Positions 20,372-30,229 of a stretch of DNA of 64,000 nucleotides are shown here, one piece after another. Under the pieces are notes generated by a model. That model was given only the letters and a program-made list of their open reading frames with translations, was not told the origin of the DNA and searched no databases. The stretch is from assembly GCA_963749495.1 (NCBI GenBank), contig CAVVMW010000022.1:416001-480000 (forward strand), read 5' to 3'. Position 1 is the stretch's first letter; the number at the start of each line of letters is the position of its first letter. A program made the position numbers and the translations under genes. Origin of the DNA: an uncultured bacterium (GTDB taxonomy: Bacteria > Verrucomicrobiota > Verrucomicrobiia > Limisphaerales > UBA8199).

Positions 20372-20667
20372 GGCTTGCCTTCGGGAGCCTGGAAGGGGGA
20401 ATCTGCACTTCGAGTGGATTCCTCTCTCTTAGCTGTGCCTGACCATGCCAAGTCATCTCCTAGAGAGAAGACGCTATGAGCATTGGAGTTTTGGTTAGAG
20501 TTGCCTCACGGCCGCAACACCCGCGTGGCACCTTTCCTTCACTACGAACATACCTCCATTAACGTCACTCATAATGGCGATATCTCGTCAGATTGCTAGG
20601 CAACTCACTTCCTCATGGGGAAGTGAGCCACGTATTCCCTGGGAGGATCCGAGTCGCATTGCAGCTT

Positions 20668-21910
20668 TCAACCCGCCCATCTATAGCTGACGAAACGCCA
20701 CAATAAGAGTCCGTGCAGAGCCACGAATCCGCCGAGGGTCACGTAGAGTAGAATCCGTCGCTGCGGCTTGAGAAAAAACGTTGCCAGCCCGACGAATACG
20801 GGAAACACCACGCACGCAAAGCGGGTGAAGGAGCAAAAGGTCCCACTCATGGCCGGCACAACGCCCAAAACCACCGCCCATGCAAACCACGTTTTATCCA
20901 AGCGCCAAATCACAGGAAAAACACACAGGCAAAAGAGGAAAACACAACGATCCAGCGCAGAGCCAACAAGTCTATGCAGAGTCGTTGGGTTGAAAAAGCC
21001 CAGGACGAATTTCGGGATGTCGATGAGGTTGCCGATGGATTGCACTCCCCAGTGCCTTTGAGCATCGAAACCCGCAAACGGGCTTCCAGTCCAGTTCCAC
21101 ATCAACAGCAAATACACCATCCATCCGGCCAGCGGCGCTACGAGCACCAGGTAAAACTGCAGCTCGAAAGCCCGCATGGCCGGTTCGCTTGATTGTGCTT
21201 GCGACTGCTCCGGTTGGAGGAGCCCAAAAACTGATTTGGCCCACCTGGCTCTGGCTAGCCGCCGCGAGAGTATAGGACGAGGCTTGTGAGTTGCCAAGTG
21301 CAACAGAATGGGGACAATGCAGAAGACTCCGACGGCCCGGGTCATAGGCAGCAGGAAGGCGCCCGCGAGGGCGAGACGAAAGCGATTCTCGTCCAATCCC
21401 CGGCAGACCAGCATCAGCAGGAGGAAGAACAGGCCCTCGGAGTAAATGAAATGAAAAAAAAGCGAGCCAGGGAATGCCAATAAGAAGAACAACGCAAGCC
21501 AGGCCGCAGACTCTCCACATCGTCGTTCGACCATTTGGAAAAGAAGAAGGAATGCGGCGAGGGAGACCAAGTTCGCGAGAATCATTCCCCCAAGGACGTG
21601 GCTGCCCCCGACCAGAGGAGAAAAGTACCGGTACTGCAATCGGCCACAATGGATAAAAGGCACAGGCAGGTGAGCCCGCTTGGTAACCGACCTCGCTCAC
21701 GTGCAAATAATGCTTGGCGTCCCAACTGGTAAAATGGCTCTCGAACGTCAAATATCCTTCTGGCGTCCACGTCTGCCTCTCGCTATGAAAGATCTCGGCC
21801 TCTCGACTCACTGGCCAAAGCAACACTGCCCCAATCACCGAGAGTTGGTAAAGCGCCTGGAAGAGCACCAGGAACCTTAGCGCCCTGCCGGAAGCCGACC
21901 TTATGTTCAT
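20668..21910 (-). CDS. GT-C mannosyltransferase (PIG-V-like), frameshift near 21640
   Basis: SWDAKHYLHVSEVGY..AFYPLWP, FFHFIYSEGLF, TRAVG; polytopic membrane protein. Confidence 0.82.
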
Positions 21911-21970
21911 CCAGCCTCGAATTCGGTTGTTGAAGGCGGCGCCGCCTCAGTCCTTCCCGCCATGCGTTGC

Positions 21971-23254
21971 TCATTCACGAGAATTCCAGAACAGAGCCCA
22001 AATCGATCCTCGAATCACGGCGAACGGAGTCCAACCTGCTCGACGGATCGCTGGGAGCAGCTCTCGAACGAGCAACGCCCACACCATCACTAGAACGAGG
22101 TTCCGGACCACCAGCACTGCGGCCTCCGGCAGGAGCAAGCCATTACCGTAATGACCGGGAAGGGCAGGGTAGAAAATCGGTGTGAGCATAGTTGCGGGCA
22201 CGATTAGAAAAACTGGCCAGCTTCCTCTTGGCAACATCGCGAGCACGGCCAGTGGCAAGATCCAGATCATGTACTGCGGACTGAGGACCTGGTTGAAGGC
22301 GACAAAAGCGAGCAGTGGAATCAGCAACAGGCGAGCAAGCTGGCCAATAGAACGCGCCTCGCAGGACGTGGCGGCCCATGTGGCCAACGCCACGGAGAAC
22401 AGGGTTATGGCGGCAAACGCCAGGCGCGCCCATGGGAGGATAGCCGTGCCCACGGGACCTTGCACCTCGATCCATGCTTTTGCGGAAGCCCACTTGGCCT
22501 GCGCCAGGCCGGCCTGGTTCGCCAACCAGAGCACCGAAGCATAGAGCGACTCGCATTGGAGTCCCCGAGCGGCATGAAACTCCGCAAAGCGCCACCAAGG
22601 AAGCACGAAGCTCAAAGCGACGATAGGCATGAAGCCGGCTGCGGCCCCGAGGAGGAAGCGGCGGCCCCTGCCCTGACGCGCCGCCAGGATAAACAGCGGC
22701 GGCAGGAACAGGAGTGGATAGACTTTCACGCCGGCCCCAATCGCCACGCAACAGCCGGAAAGCGCGGGTTTCCCCGAGCAGAACAGCCAGAGTGCGACCA
22801 GGCAAATCAGGGAGGGCCAGATGTCGTAGCGCTGGAGGAAAAAAAAGCGCAGAAACGGGACGGCCGCACAATAGCACAGCAACGGTAGGAAGGAGCGCAG
22901 CTTGTCCGAGCGCTTTGAACAAAGAGCAAAGAGGCTCAGCTTCAGCAGCCAATCGGCCAGAAACGCAAGCCCCATGAACGCACTGGCATACGATTCCTCT
23001 CCGAAGAGGCGCGGCAGGAGAAACAATGGAACGGCGTAAGGCGGGTATTCCACGACGCGGTCGCGATAAGGAAGTTTGCCCGCAAGCAGATCTTGGGTGA
23101 CGCTCTGGTAGAGGGCCACATCACCGTGGACAAACCCTTCGAGGGCCGGCAGTAGCGCCAGAGAGCTAAGTGCCATTATGATGTAGGCGATCGTGTGTCG
23201 GTTGCGATCCGCCACTCCTCCTTTAAAGAACTTGGATAGCACGAGAAAGCCCAT
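21971..23254 (-). CDS. Glycosyltransferase family 87-like (DUF2029) membrane protein
   Basis: LPYRD..VEYPP, RYD, GVKVYP, RGLQCES, VLSPQYMIW. Confidence 0.85.
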   Translation of the reverse strand: MGFLVLSKFFKGGVADRNRHTIAYIIMALSSLALLPALEGFVHGDVALYQSVTQDLLAGKLPYRDRVVEYPPYAVPLFLLPRLFGEESYASAFMGLAFLADWLLKLSLFALCSKRSDKLRSFLPLLCYCAAVPFLRFFFLQRYDIWPSLICLVALWLFCSGKPALSGCCVAIGAGVKVYPLLFLPPLFILAARQGRGRRFLLGAAAGFMPIVALSFVLPWWRFAEFHAARGLQCESLYASVLWLANQAGLAQAKWASAKAWIEVQGPVGTAILPWARLAFAAITLFSVALATWAATSCEARSIGQLARLLLIPLLAFVAFNQVLSPQYMIWILPLAVLAMLPRGSWPVFLIVPATMLTPIFYPALPGHYGNGLLLPEAAVLVVRNLVLVMVWALLVRELLPAIRRAGWTPFAVIRGSIWALFWNSRE

Positions 23255-23255
23255 T

Positions 23256-23711
23256 TTAGTCGCGGATCGCCTTCCACCCGAATCTCAAGTTCATCCAAAA
23301 ATTCCAGATGCTGACGAGAAAGATAGCGATGAAATTGGCCACGTAAATGTTCATTCGGAGGGCGTAAACCTGCGCGTTGAGCAATAGGACATTGAGACCG
23401 ATCCCAGCCAAACAAATCAGGTTAAACTTTGCAAAACGCCGCGCTCGGGCAGGCCAGCCCGTTTTCTGAGCCGAAAGATCCTTGAACGTCCAAATGTCAT
23501 TCCAGATGAAGTTGTTGACGATCGCAGTCTCGGCAGCCAGAGTCTTGCTCAGGGAAAGGCTCCAGCCCAGCATTCGTGCATCGGCCAGAAGAAACAGCAT
23601 CCCCATGTCCACAAAAACACCGCTTCCTCCGACAAAGCCGAAACGTATGAACCGCTGGAAAGTTCGGCGGGAGAGCACTGGGGTCGTCCTGAGATTCACG
23701 GGACAGAGCAT
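23256..23711 (-). CDS. GtrA family flippase-like protein
   Basis: FIRFGFVGGSGVFVD, NNFIWNDIWTF, WNFWMN. Confidence 0.85.
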   Translation of the reverse strand: MLCPVNLRTTPVLSRRTFQRFIRFGFVGGSGVFVDMGMLFLLADARMLGWSLSLSKTLAAETAIVNNFIWNDIWTFKDLSAQKTGWPARARRFAKFNLICLAGIGLNVLLLNAQVYALRMNIYVANFIAIFLVSIWNFWMNLRFGWKAIRD

Positions 23712-24606
23712 AGAAGCCAGGTTTCGCTCTGTCCAGCCTTTTCTCTCACGGCGGCTCCTCGCCTCCTCGCCGGCGGGGGGGAGGAGGAGGGGAATCCCGA
23801 GCAGCCTCGCGCCATCGAATTGGCCCAGTGCTACGCTCCGGCAACTGTCGGAATATCCCGGAACGCTGTCCAGATGCTCTTGGAATGGGTGAGAGAGAGC
23901 AGGCGTTTTCAACCGGACGAGCAATACTTGATAGATTTGAGCAGCGCACAATGGGAGGTGCTCGAAGAGGATCTGCACGCCACTCGTCCCCAAAGCCTGG
24001 CGGCGCCCGCCCAAGCTCTCCCATCGCGAGATTCCCAACCCTATCTGCTAGCCCACTGGATGCCGCGTTGGTCCGGGATCGCCAAATCAGCTAGCCGATA
24101 TCCACGTGCCAGTGGTCCGAAACTCGGAGAGGCGTCCGAGATCCCCTGGCAAAATCCGCTGGGCCAGAACTCACGCGCTCTGCGGAAGGCCTGGCGGATG
24201 AGCCTCTCAGTCTCCGGATGAGCCCTTACCACCAGCACACTGGTGGCGTCTTGCACCGGCGCCTTCGGTGTGGCGGCCGCTGTCAACGCCCCAGTTGCCT
24301 CAGCGGCCAAACGATCGGACGGGACTGGAACGCGTGCCTTCAGACAGCGTGCGGACTCAAGAATGCGGCAGAATCGCGGCAGGGCAGAAGTCTTTATGCC
24401 CGGTGTGGTCCTGCTCATGTTGCGCCGCCTGCGCGTCTACTCGTTATACGCGCGCCGCAATTGGTTTGCTGCACCGGAGGCTTCTGGCAGCCAAGGCAAA
24501 GCACGCCGCGGCCTGGGAGGGGCAGTTCGAAAACAATCGGACAAGCCAGTGCCGAGTGCCGAGTACCGGGTGGGAGTTTGCGGTGGGTTTCCTCGGCGGT
24601 CGGCGC

Positions 24607-26427
24607 CTACATCCGTGGGATCGCAGGTTCTGCACCAGCAGCGCGTTTAGGGGCGAGTAGCAGGAATTCGGAGATGCTCTCGACGATCGCAAATCCGGGG
24701 TATTGAGCCGGTCCCATCCGGCGCAACTCATCCCCATACACTACGGCGCAAGCTCCTTCGGCAAAATCGGGCCGAGCACGGCGCGCCGCCAACAGGTCAT
24801 CGCTGCTGTTAATAACACGCACAGTGGCGAAGGCCCTTAAATCGAGATCATAGAATTGTAGGGGCATTGCGATGAAGAACTCCGCATAAACACGCTTGGC
24901 GCCTCTTGCGGCGAGGCGCTGATAGAGCCGGTCGGTGCGCACGAAGTGATTGCTGGTCTCCAACTCCCGGCCGATCAGAAAAGTGGAACTGCGGCCATGG
25001 CTCCGGGCCTGGAAGACAAAGTAATTCGAGAAAATGCGGCTCAATTGGAAGAGGAGAAAAATGCTGAAGAGGAGCGAACCTCCTCGACTGGAGAGCGTGT
25101 GGGGCAACCGGGCACGTAGGGGCTTTTGCACAGCAGCAAACGAAGGCAACCCAGAGGAGAACAGCGCCCAGACGGAAGGCTGGCCACCGCCTGCGGGCTC
25201 CGGTGAGCATTCATCAACGAGTCTGAAGGGCTTGAGGAATGCCGTGAAAAGATAAGCGAGAAAGAGGGGCACAAGATAGAGCGGGAGAAGGAAGTAGCGG
25301 TCGGCATTCGCAGGACACAAGAAGGCCGTGCTCACGAAGAGCGCAGCGGCGAAAACAATTACTTGCTTTTCGGCTGATTTGGCGCCTTTGGGCCTTAGCC
25401 AGGCTTGTCTCGCCATCAAGCCGACGCCTGCCAGCAGGAGGGGCCAAAGGAAGTTCGGACTCGGAAACACAACGTGGCCGGCGAATCTTCTGAAAAGGAT
25501 GTCCCCGTGCGCAATCTGCGCGAGCAGGGTCGGCCACTCCCATAACCGCTGCAGAAAGGCCCCCAAAAACCGCGACAGGTCGAAGCCGGCAACCATGATC
25601 TTCCCACCGTGGTCTGAGGCCATAAATTGCCAGAGAATTCTGGGGGAGAGCGCCACCAAAAAGCCGTAGCCCACGGCATAAAAGGCGGCATTGCGGAAAA
25701 GGGACGTTCTGTCCCTAAAAATGGCGGTTGCAAACAAAGCCAGCGGCACCGAGGCGAAGATAAGATGGTTCCAAGTCCCGAGCCCCAGGCATATCCCGGC
25801 GAGCCACGGAAGAGCCCATTGCTTTCGGAAACGCTCTCTGCCGCTCTCCAGCAGCAGCCAAGCTGCCGCCAGCGCCAGTATGGGATTGAGCGCGAATACT
25901 TCATGGGCAATCCGCCCGTAGGCCATGAAGAAAGGCAGGCTTACCAGGACCAGTGCGGACAACGCGGCCATGGCCTGGTTAAAGCATCGCTTGATGACGC
26001 CATAGTAGAGAAAAATGCTGAATAGCGTTGTGATGCCGGTGAGCGAGCGCAACACGGCAACTTTGCAGCCGAAAAGTTGGAACAGAAAGGCTACGAGATA
26101 CTGGTGCAGCGGCCCTGTGTAGCCGTTCATTCCGACCATCGGCCTGGCCCCATGAAGGATCTCATTAGCGCGAAGGCCGCCCCAGGCCTCGTCTCCGTGC
26201 AGGCCGGGAATAGTGGCCAAAAGAGGAAAGAGCAGCAAGGCGCCAATGCAGGCCGCCCCGAGCAGGAAGACCCGCGGGCGTAACCATTGGCTGGGATTCC
26301 CGCTCGGCTCCACACCCCCCTCACTCCGTGGGCGGCATGATGCCGTTGATATTAGCGGATGTCCGGTCTCGCATCCAAAGCCAATCGCGCTTGTCCAGCG
26401 GGTCTCGAATCCGGAACCTGTCGCCAT
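24607..26427 (-). CDS. Glycosyltransferase family 39/ArnT-like protein (true start probably ~26310)
   Basis: PGLHGDEAW, YTGPLHQYL, GICLGLG.WNH; multiple TM segments. Confidence 0.8.
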   Translation of the reverse strand: MATGSGFETRWTSAIGFGCETGHPLISTASCRPRSEGGVEPSGNPSQWLRPRVFLLGAACIGALLLFPLLATIPGLHGDEAWGGLRANEILHGARPMVGMNGYTGPLHQYLVAFLFQLFGCKVAVLRSLTGITTLFSIFLYYGVIKRCFNQAMAALSALVLVSLPFFMAYGRIAHEVFALNPILALAAAWLLLESGRERFRKQWALPWLAGICLGLGTWNHLIFASVPLALFATAIFRDRTSLFRNAAFYAVGYGFLVALSPRILWQFMASDHGGKIMVAGFDLSRFLGAFLQRLWEWPTLLAQIAHGDILFRRFAGHVVFPSPNFLWPLLLAGVGLMARQAWLRPKGAKSAEKQVIVFAAALFVSTAFLCPANADRYFLLPLYLVPLFLAYLFTAFLKPFRLVDECSPEPAGGGQPSVWALFSSGLPSFAAVQKPLRARLPHTLSSRGGSLLFSIFLLFQLSRIFSNYFVFQARSHGRSSTFLIGRELETSNHFVRTDRLYQRLAARGAKRVYAEFFIAMPLQFYDLDLRAFATVRVINSSDDLLAARRARPDFAEGACAVVYGDELRRMGPAQYPGFAIVESISEFLLLAPKRAAGAEPAIPRM

Positions 26428-27253
26428 GTTTCTCGGCTCGGTTCAGCCAGCGATGGCTCTCGGAGTGCCCGTCGGCGAAGGCAAAGCCGCACCCTCCATT
26501 GTGGTAGGTGCCGGGGGCGTCGATCCAGGTGGCTTGTTCCATCCCAAAGGCAAAAGCCGCGTCGTTGAGCCCATGGACATCTTCGTCCACCAGCACCCAG
26601 AGCATCGACGGCCCCGGCGCGCGAATGCTGGAGAACTTGCCGTAGGTGAACCATGGGGAATCCCGGCGGTGATTGAACTGATTGTTGAGCCAGGGGCCGT
26701 TGACCGGCAGGCGCGGCACCCCGGAGTGTGGTGGAAAGGGTGCATTTATCCCTTTGGTGCCAACATCAAAACCCGGACAAATCGTTCCCACGGCTTGGCT
26801 CATGGAAAAGGTACGCGCCGAGAGCACCGTCTTGCCCACCAAGCTGGGGTCGTTGCCCTGGTACTTCCCCATGCGCTTGTCCCCCGGGCAGTGGAAAACG
26901 GCTGTATTCCCGGCGAGATACGGGGCCAACAGGCTTAGTTTGGGATCCTTGAGCAGGTCGGGATTGAATTCTGCCGGACCATTGACCCCGGCCACGCCGG
27001 AACACCAGTTGTGGCCTGGTATGCTGTTGCCGTCATCGGGGTTGGGAGGGAAAACATCGGTGTATTCCCCCGCGTACAATGACATGGCCGCCATGAGCTG
27101 TTTGCCATTGTTGAGACAGTAAATGCCCTGTACCTTTTGCTTGCTCTTGGAGAGGACCGGCAGCAGCAGCGCGGCCAGAATGCCAATGACGGCGATGACC
27201 ACTAGGAGTTCCACCAGCGTGAAGGCTAGTTCCTCCACTGGTCGCAGTTGCAT
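26321..27253 (-). CDS. Prepilin-type N-methylation domain protein with H-X9-DG motif
   Basis: AFTLVELLVVIAVIGILAALLLPVL, CLNNGKQL, YHNGGCGFAFADGHSE. Confidence 0.93.
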   Translation of the reverse strand: MQLRPVEELAFTLVELLVVIAVIGILAALLLPVLSKSKQKVQGIYCLNNGKQLMAAMSLYAGEYTDVFPPNPDDGNSIPGHNWCSGVAGVNGPAEFNPDLLKDPKLSLLAPYLAGNTAVFHCPGDKRMGKYQGNDPSLVGKTVLSARTFSMSQAVGTICPGFDVGTKGINAPFPPHSGVPRLPVNGPWLNNQFNHRRDSPWFTYGKFSSIRAPGPSMLWVLVDEDVHGLNDAAFAFGMEQATWIDAPGTYHNGGCGFAFADGHSESHRWLNRAEKHGDRFRIRDPLDKRDWLWMRDRTSANINGIMPPTE

Positions 27254-27361
27254 AGTATCTTGCCGGAGAACGCGAGGCCGAGTTCCGATTGCGTGCATAA
27301 CTTGTTGTCCCGTGCGATTAGACATCTGGTTTCCTGGAAAGTCAAGAGCCCGGTTCTGCGT

Positions 27362-27820
27362 ACGGCGGCTTCCTCGTTGGTATCTTGTGGCACGGCCACC
27401 TGATCAACCAGGCGCTGGTCGGTGGTCTGGAAGTTGACCAGCGGCAGGGCCTTGTCGGCCTTGGGCTTGTGCAGTTGGGGCGGGATCTCACAGGGCTCCT
27501 CTGGGACGGGTGCTGGACTGGCTGCTTGAGCACGAGCAGGCGCCGGCTGGGTGTTTTTGACCACTTTGCCGTCCACATGCACCACCGCCGCCAGGGTGGG
27601 ATCCTGCTTTTGCATCCAGCCCTCCAGTGCATCTTTGAGTTGGTCGGGATCGACTTTCTTGAGCACCCGCCGGAAGGTGCGCTCACTGGGCACGTCACAC
27701 TCTCGGAGGTGCCCTGGGCGGCGACGACAGCCCAGCTGACGGCGTTGTGCGTGATTGAGGCTCTGGGCGAATTCGGCAATCGCGTGCGGCCCCTTGCATC
27801 CCGCTGCCACCAACTGTCTC
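27362..27820 (-). pseudogene. ISAs1-like transposase fragment
   Basis: AIAEFAQ, VPSERTFRRVL..VDPDQL, VHVDGKVVK, QVAVPQDTNE. Confidence 0.75.
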
Positions 27821-27953
27821 CAATCCCGGCGCCGCTGCCACAGGGCCAGCGGGTTATTCGGAACCGCCGCTGCCACATTTGCTCGCTCGACAGCGTGGGG
27901 GTTTCGTGTTAGTGGATCGCTAGGTCGGAGCTAACGTAAACTACAATCGCCCG

Positions 27954-29526
27954 GTGACAATCAAGAATTTCGGCCCGGATGTGAATGCTAGTGCCGTTTC
28001 AAGAGAAGACGGTTGGGGGGGGCGTTGGATTCGGTGCGGCGGTGCAGTCGGGGCCTCTTTGGTGGCGGTTATTCTTGCGGGGCTGTTGGCCATGCTGATC
28101 GTGGCGGTCACGCCAGCGCTCCGATCTGCCATCCAGATTGGCCCTGACGAGCCCTATGAGGTGATGAAGGCGCTGCTTTGGGCAAAAGGGTATCCGCTTT
28201 ATAAGAGCATTTGGAACGACCAACCGCCGCTGTACACCATTTTGCTTGGTTTGTTGTTTCGTTGCTTTGGCCCAACAATCGGCGCAGCACGAGCCTTGGC
28301 TGTCTTCTTCGGGGTCATGCTTCTTGGGGCCTGCTTCGTCATGGTGAGGAAACGGTTTGGCATCTGGGCGGCTACAGCGGCATCTCTGGCGTTGTTGGCG
28401 GCTCCTGAGGTGCTCGAATTGTCAACGTCCGTGATGCTAGAGGTCCCGGCAATGGCTGTGGGCCTTTGGGCGCTTTGGCCCATTTGCAGGTGGGCAGAAG
28501 AGTCAGGAACGTCGTAGGTCCCGCCTCGCTGTTTCCAGCTTGCTGTTTGCCGCGGCCCTGCAGATCAAGCTGACAGCAGCGATTTTCGCACCCGCCGCGT
28601 GCGCTGAATTGTTCCTTGCCGAGAGCGCCCGCGGAGTCTCCCCGACAAGGCAGGGCGTACGGCGGGCGTCATCTTGGCTGGGTTGCGTTGCGGCATGGTT
28701 CCTGTTGTTCAGCGTCCTATTGGGGAGCGGCTATCGCCAGGCCTGGGCCTCTCATTTCTCGGCAGGAACGCTTGAGGCGGCTACAGACATGGGATATGTA
28801 TTCTCCCCGCGGCTCTTGCTTGAACACCCTGAGGGTCTCCTGGGAGCCTGCGCTGGTTTGGCAGTCGCGATTTGCCTTGGCGACTTTCGACGCGTCGCGA
28901 TGCCGTATCTTCTCCTGCTCACGGTTCTAGAGATCCATCTCTTTCACCGACCATGGTGGCCTTACTACTACGTGCATTTAGCGATTCCGATGGCTTGGCT
29001 TACGGGCTACTCGCTGACGCAGCTTTTCCATGTTTCGTTCACCCTTGGAAAGGCCCGCAGAAGACCTGTTTTTGGCTTAATCGCCAAAAGGATTGGACTT
29101 GCGACCTTAATCGCGTCAATGGCCACCACAGGGATTGTGCGGATGATTTCAGAGGGTCAGGGGATCCGACGCCTGCCGCGGATCCAGGACGACCGACTAA
29201 TCGCGACGATGCGACGCTACGCAGCTCGCACGCACTGGGTTTACGCACGTTCCACGATTTACGCCTTTCACGCGGGATTGGTGGTTCCCCCGGAGTTGGC
29301 GGTCGTCGTGAAAAAGCGCTTCTGGTCAGGACAGCTTACCGACGCGCAGATTGTGGCTATTGTCAAACGCTATGCCCCCGAACAAATTCTCTTAGGCAGG
29401 GAAGACCCTCTAACGCCTCAGCAGCTCGATCGCGCTGGGTATGCGGCTGTGTTGCAAGGCGAGGCGCTTGCTCTATACGTGGCGGGCACTCTCGTAGACG
29501 CTCAAGGCCCGAAACTTGGGAGGTGA
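27954..29526 (+). CDS. Glycosyltransferase family 39-like protein, split by frameshift/stop near 28517
   Basis: PDEPY..MKA, IWNDQPPLY, VMLEVP, LQIKL across two adjacent ORFs. Confidence 0.75.
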
Positions 29527-29793
29527 GAAACTGTCCCCGCTCCGAGTGGTTTTTGCGGATCCCGGCAGTGCTCGGCGGCTGCTGCCTCTACGTTTTGCCG
29601 GGGGCGCGCGCCTGGCGCGGCGGCGCCGGTCAAATGCCCACGCTGGTCGTTGCGGAGTATGCACCATGCGGGCGGCTGAAGTCCAACATCCCACAGCGCC
29701 CACAGGACATTTGTCGCAGACCACTGTCATCTCCCACAGCGGCCAGTCGCCGACAAGATCGGCGCCGCTGCTGTGGCGGCTAGAGATCCTCTT

Positions 29794-30210
29794 CTAGCTG
29801 CCTGAGGAGCAGGGTACCGAGATCCAATGCATAGTTTGCACCATGCCGTTCGACACCTGGTTCGTCCCAACACAGCCGTAGGATGTGCAATAGCCATAGT
29901 TCGTCCATTGAAAACAATTCACCTTGAGGTTTGGATCGAAGCTAGGGTTCACCTTGTATTCGCAGTCAGTGGTCGCAAAGGGCGCCGAATAGGAATTGTA
30001 CTGGCAGGGTGCGTTGTTTGTCGTCCACATGGTTTGCGTCGGACAAACGACGCACTGTACGATGCTATTCTGTTCGGCGGCGCCCAACCACAGACAATTG
30101 ATCGCGACCACGCGAAGCGGGACCACCACCAAGAGTGCCATCAAGGGCAACATGCTCCCGAAACGAGCCCACCCGTTGAGAGCCACTTTACATTTCATGC
30201 TGTTTTTCAT
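29794..30210 (-). CDS. Secreted cysteine-rich protein
   Basis: Signal-like hydrophobic N-terminus; 9 Cys in the mature ~100 aa. Confidence 0.7.
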   Translation of the reverse strand: MKNSMKCKVALNGWARFGSMLPLMALLVVVPLRVVAINCLWLGAAEQNSIVQCVVCPTQTMWTTNNAPCQYNSYSAPFATTDCEYKVNPSFDPNLKVNCFQWTNYGYCTSYGCVGTNQVSNGMVQTMHWISVPCSSGS

Positions 30211-30229
30211 TTCTTAGTTGCAGTATGGT

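Larger units (their letters stand above)
7772..20400. mobile_element. Integrative element/island backbone at tRNA-fMet; cargo probably continues to ~40 kb
   Basis: Visible composition shift after the tRNA, TCTTGCTACA direct repeats at ~7875-7894, small phage/ICE-like ORFs, primase-like ATPase, MTase, AAA ATPase; no intact integrase seen. Confidence 0.75.

Noticed and set aside
23920..24000. YLIDLSSAQWEVLEEDL, resembling an IS5-family transposase start
   Set aside because: Only ~17 aa of similarity, with no further motifs or terminal repeats seen.
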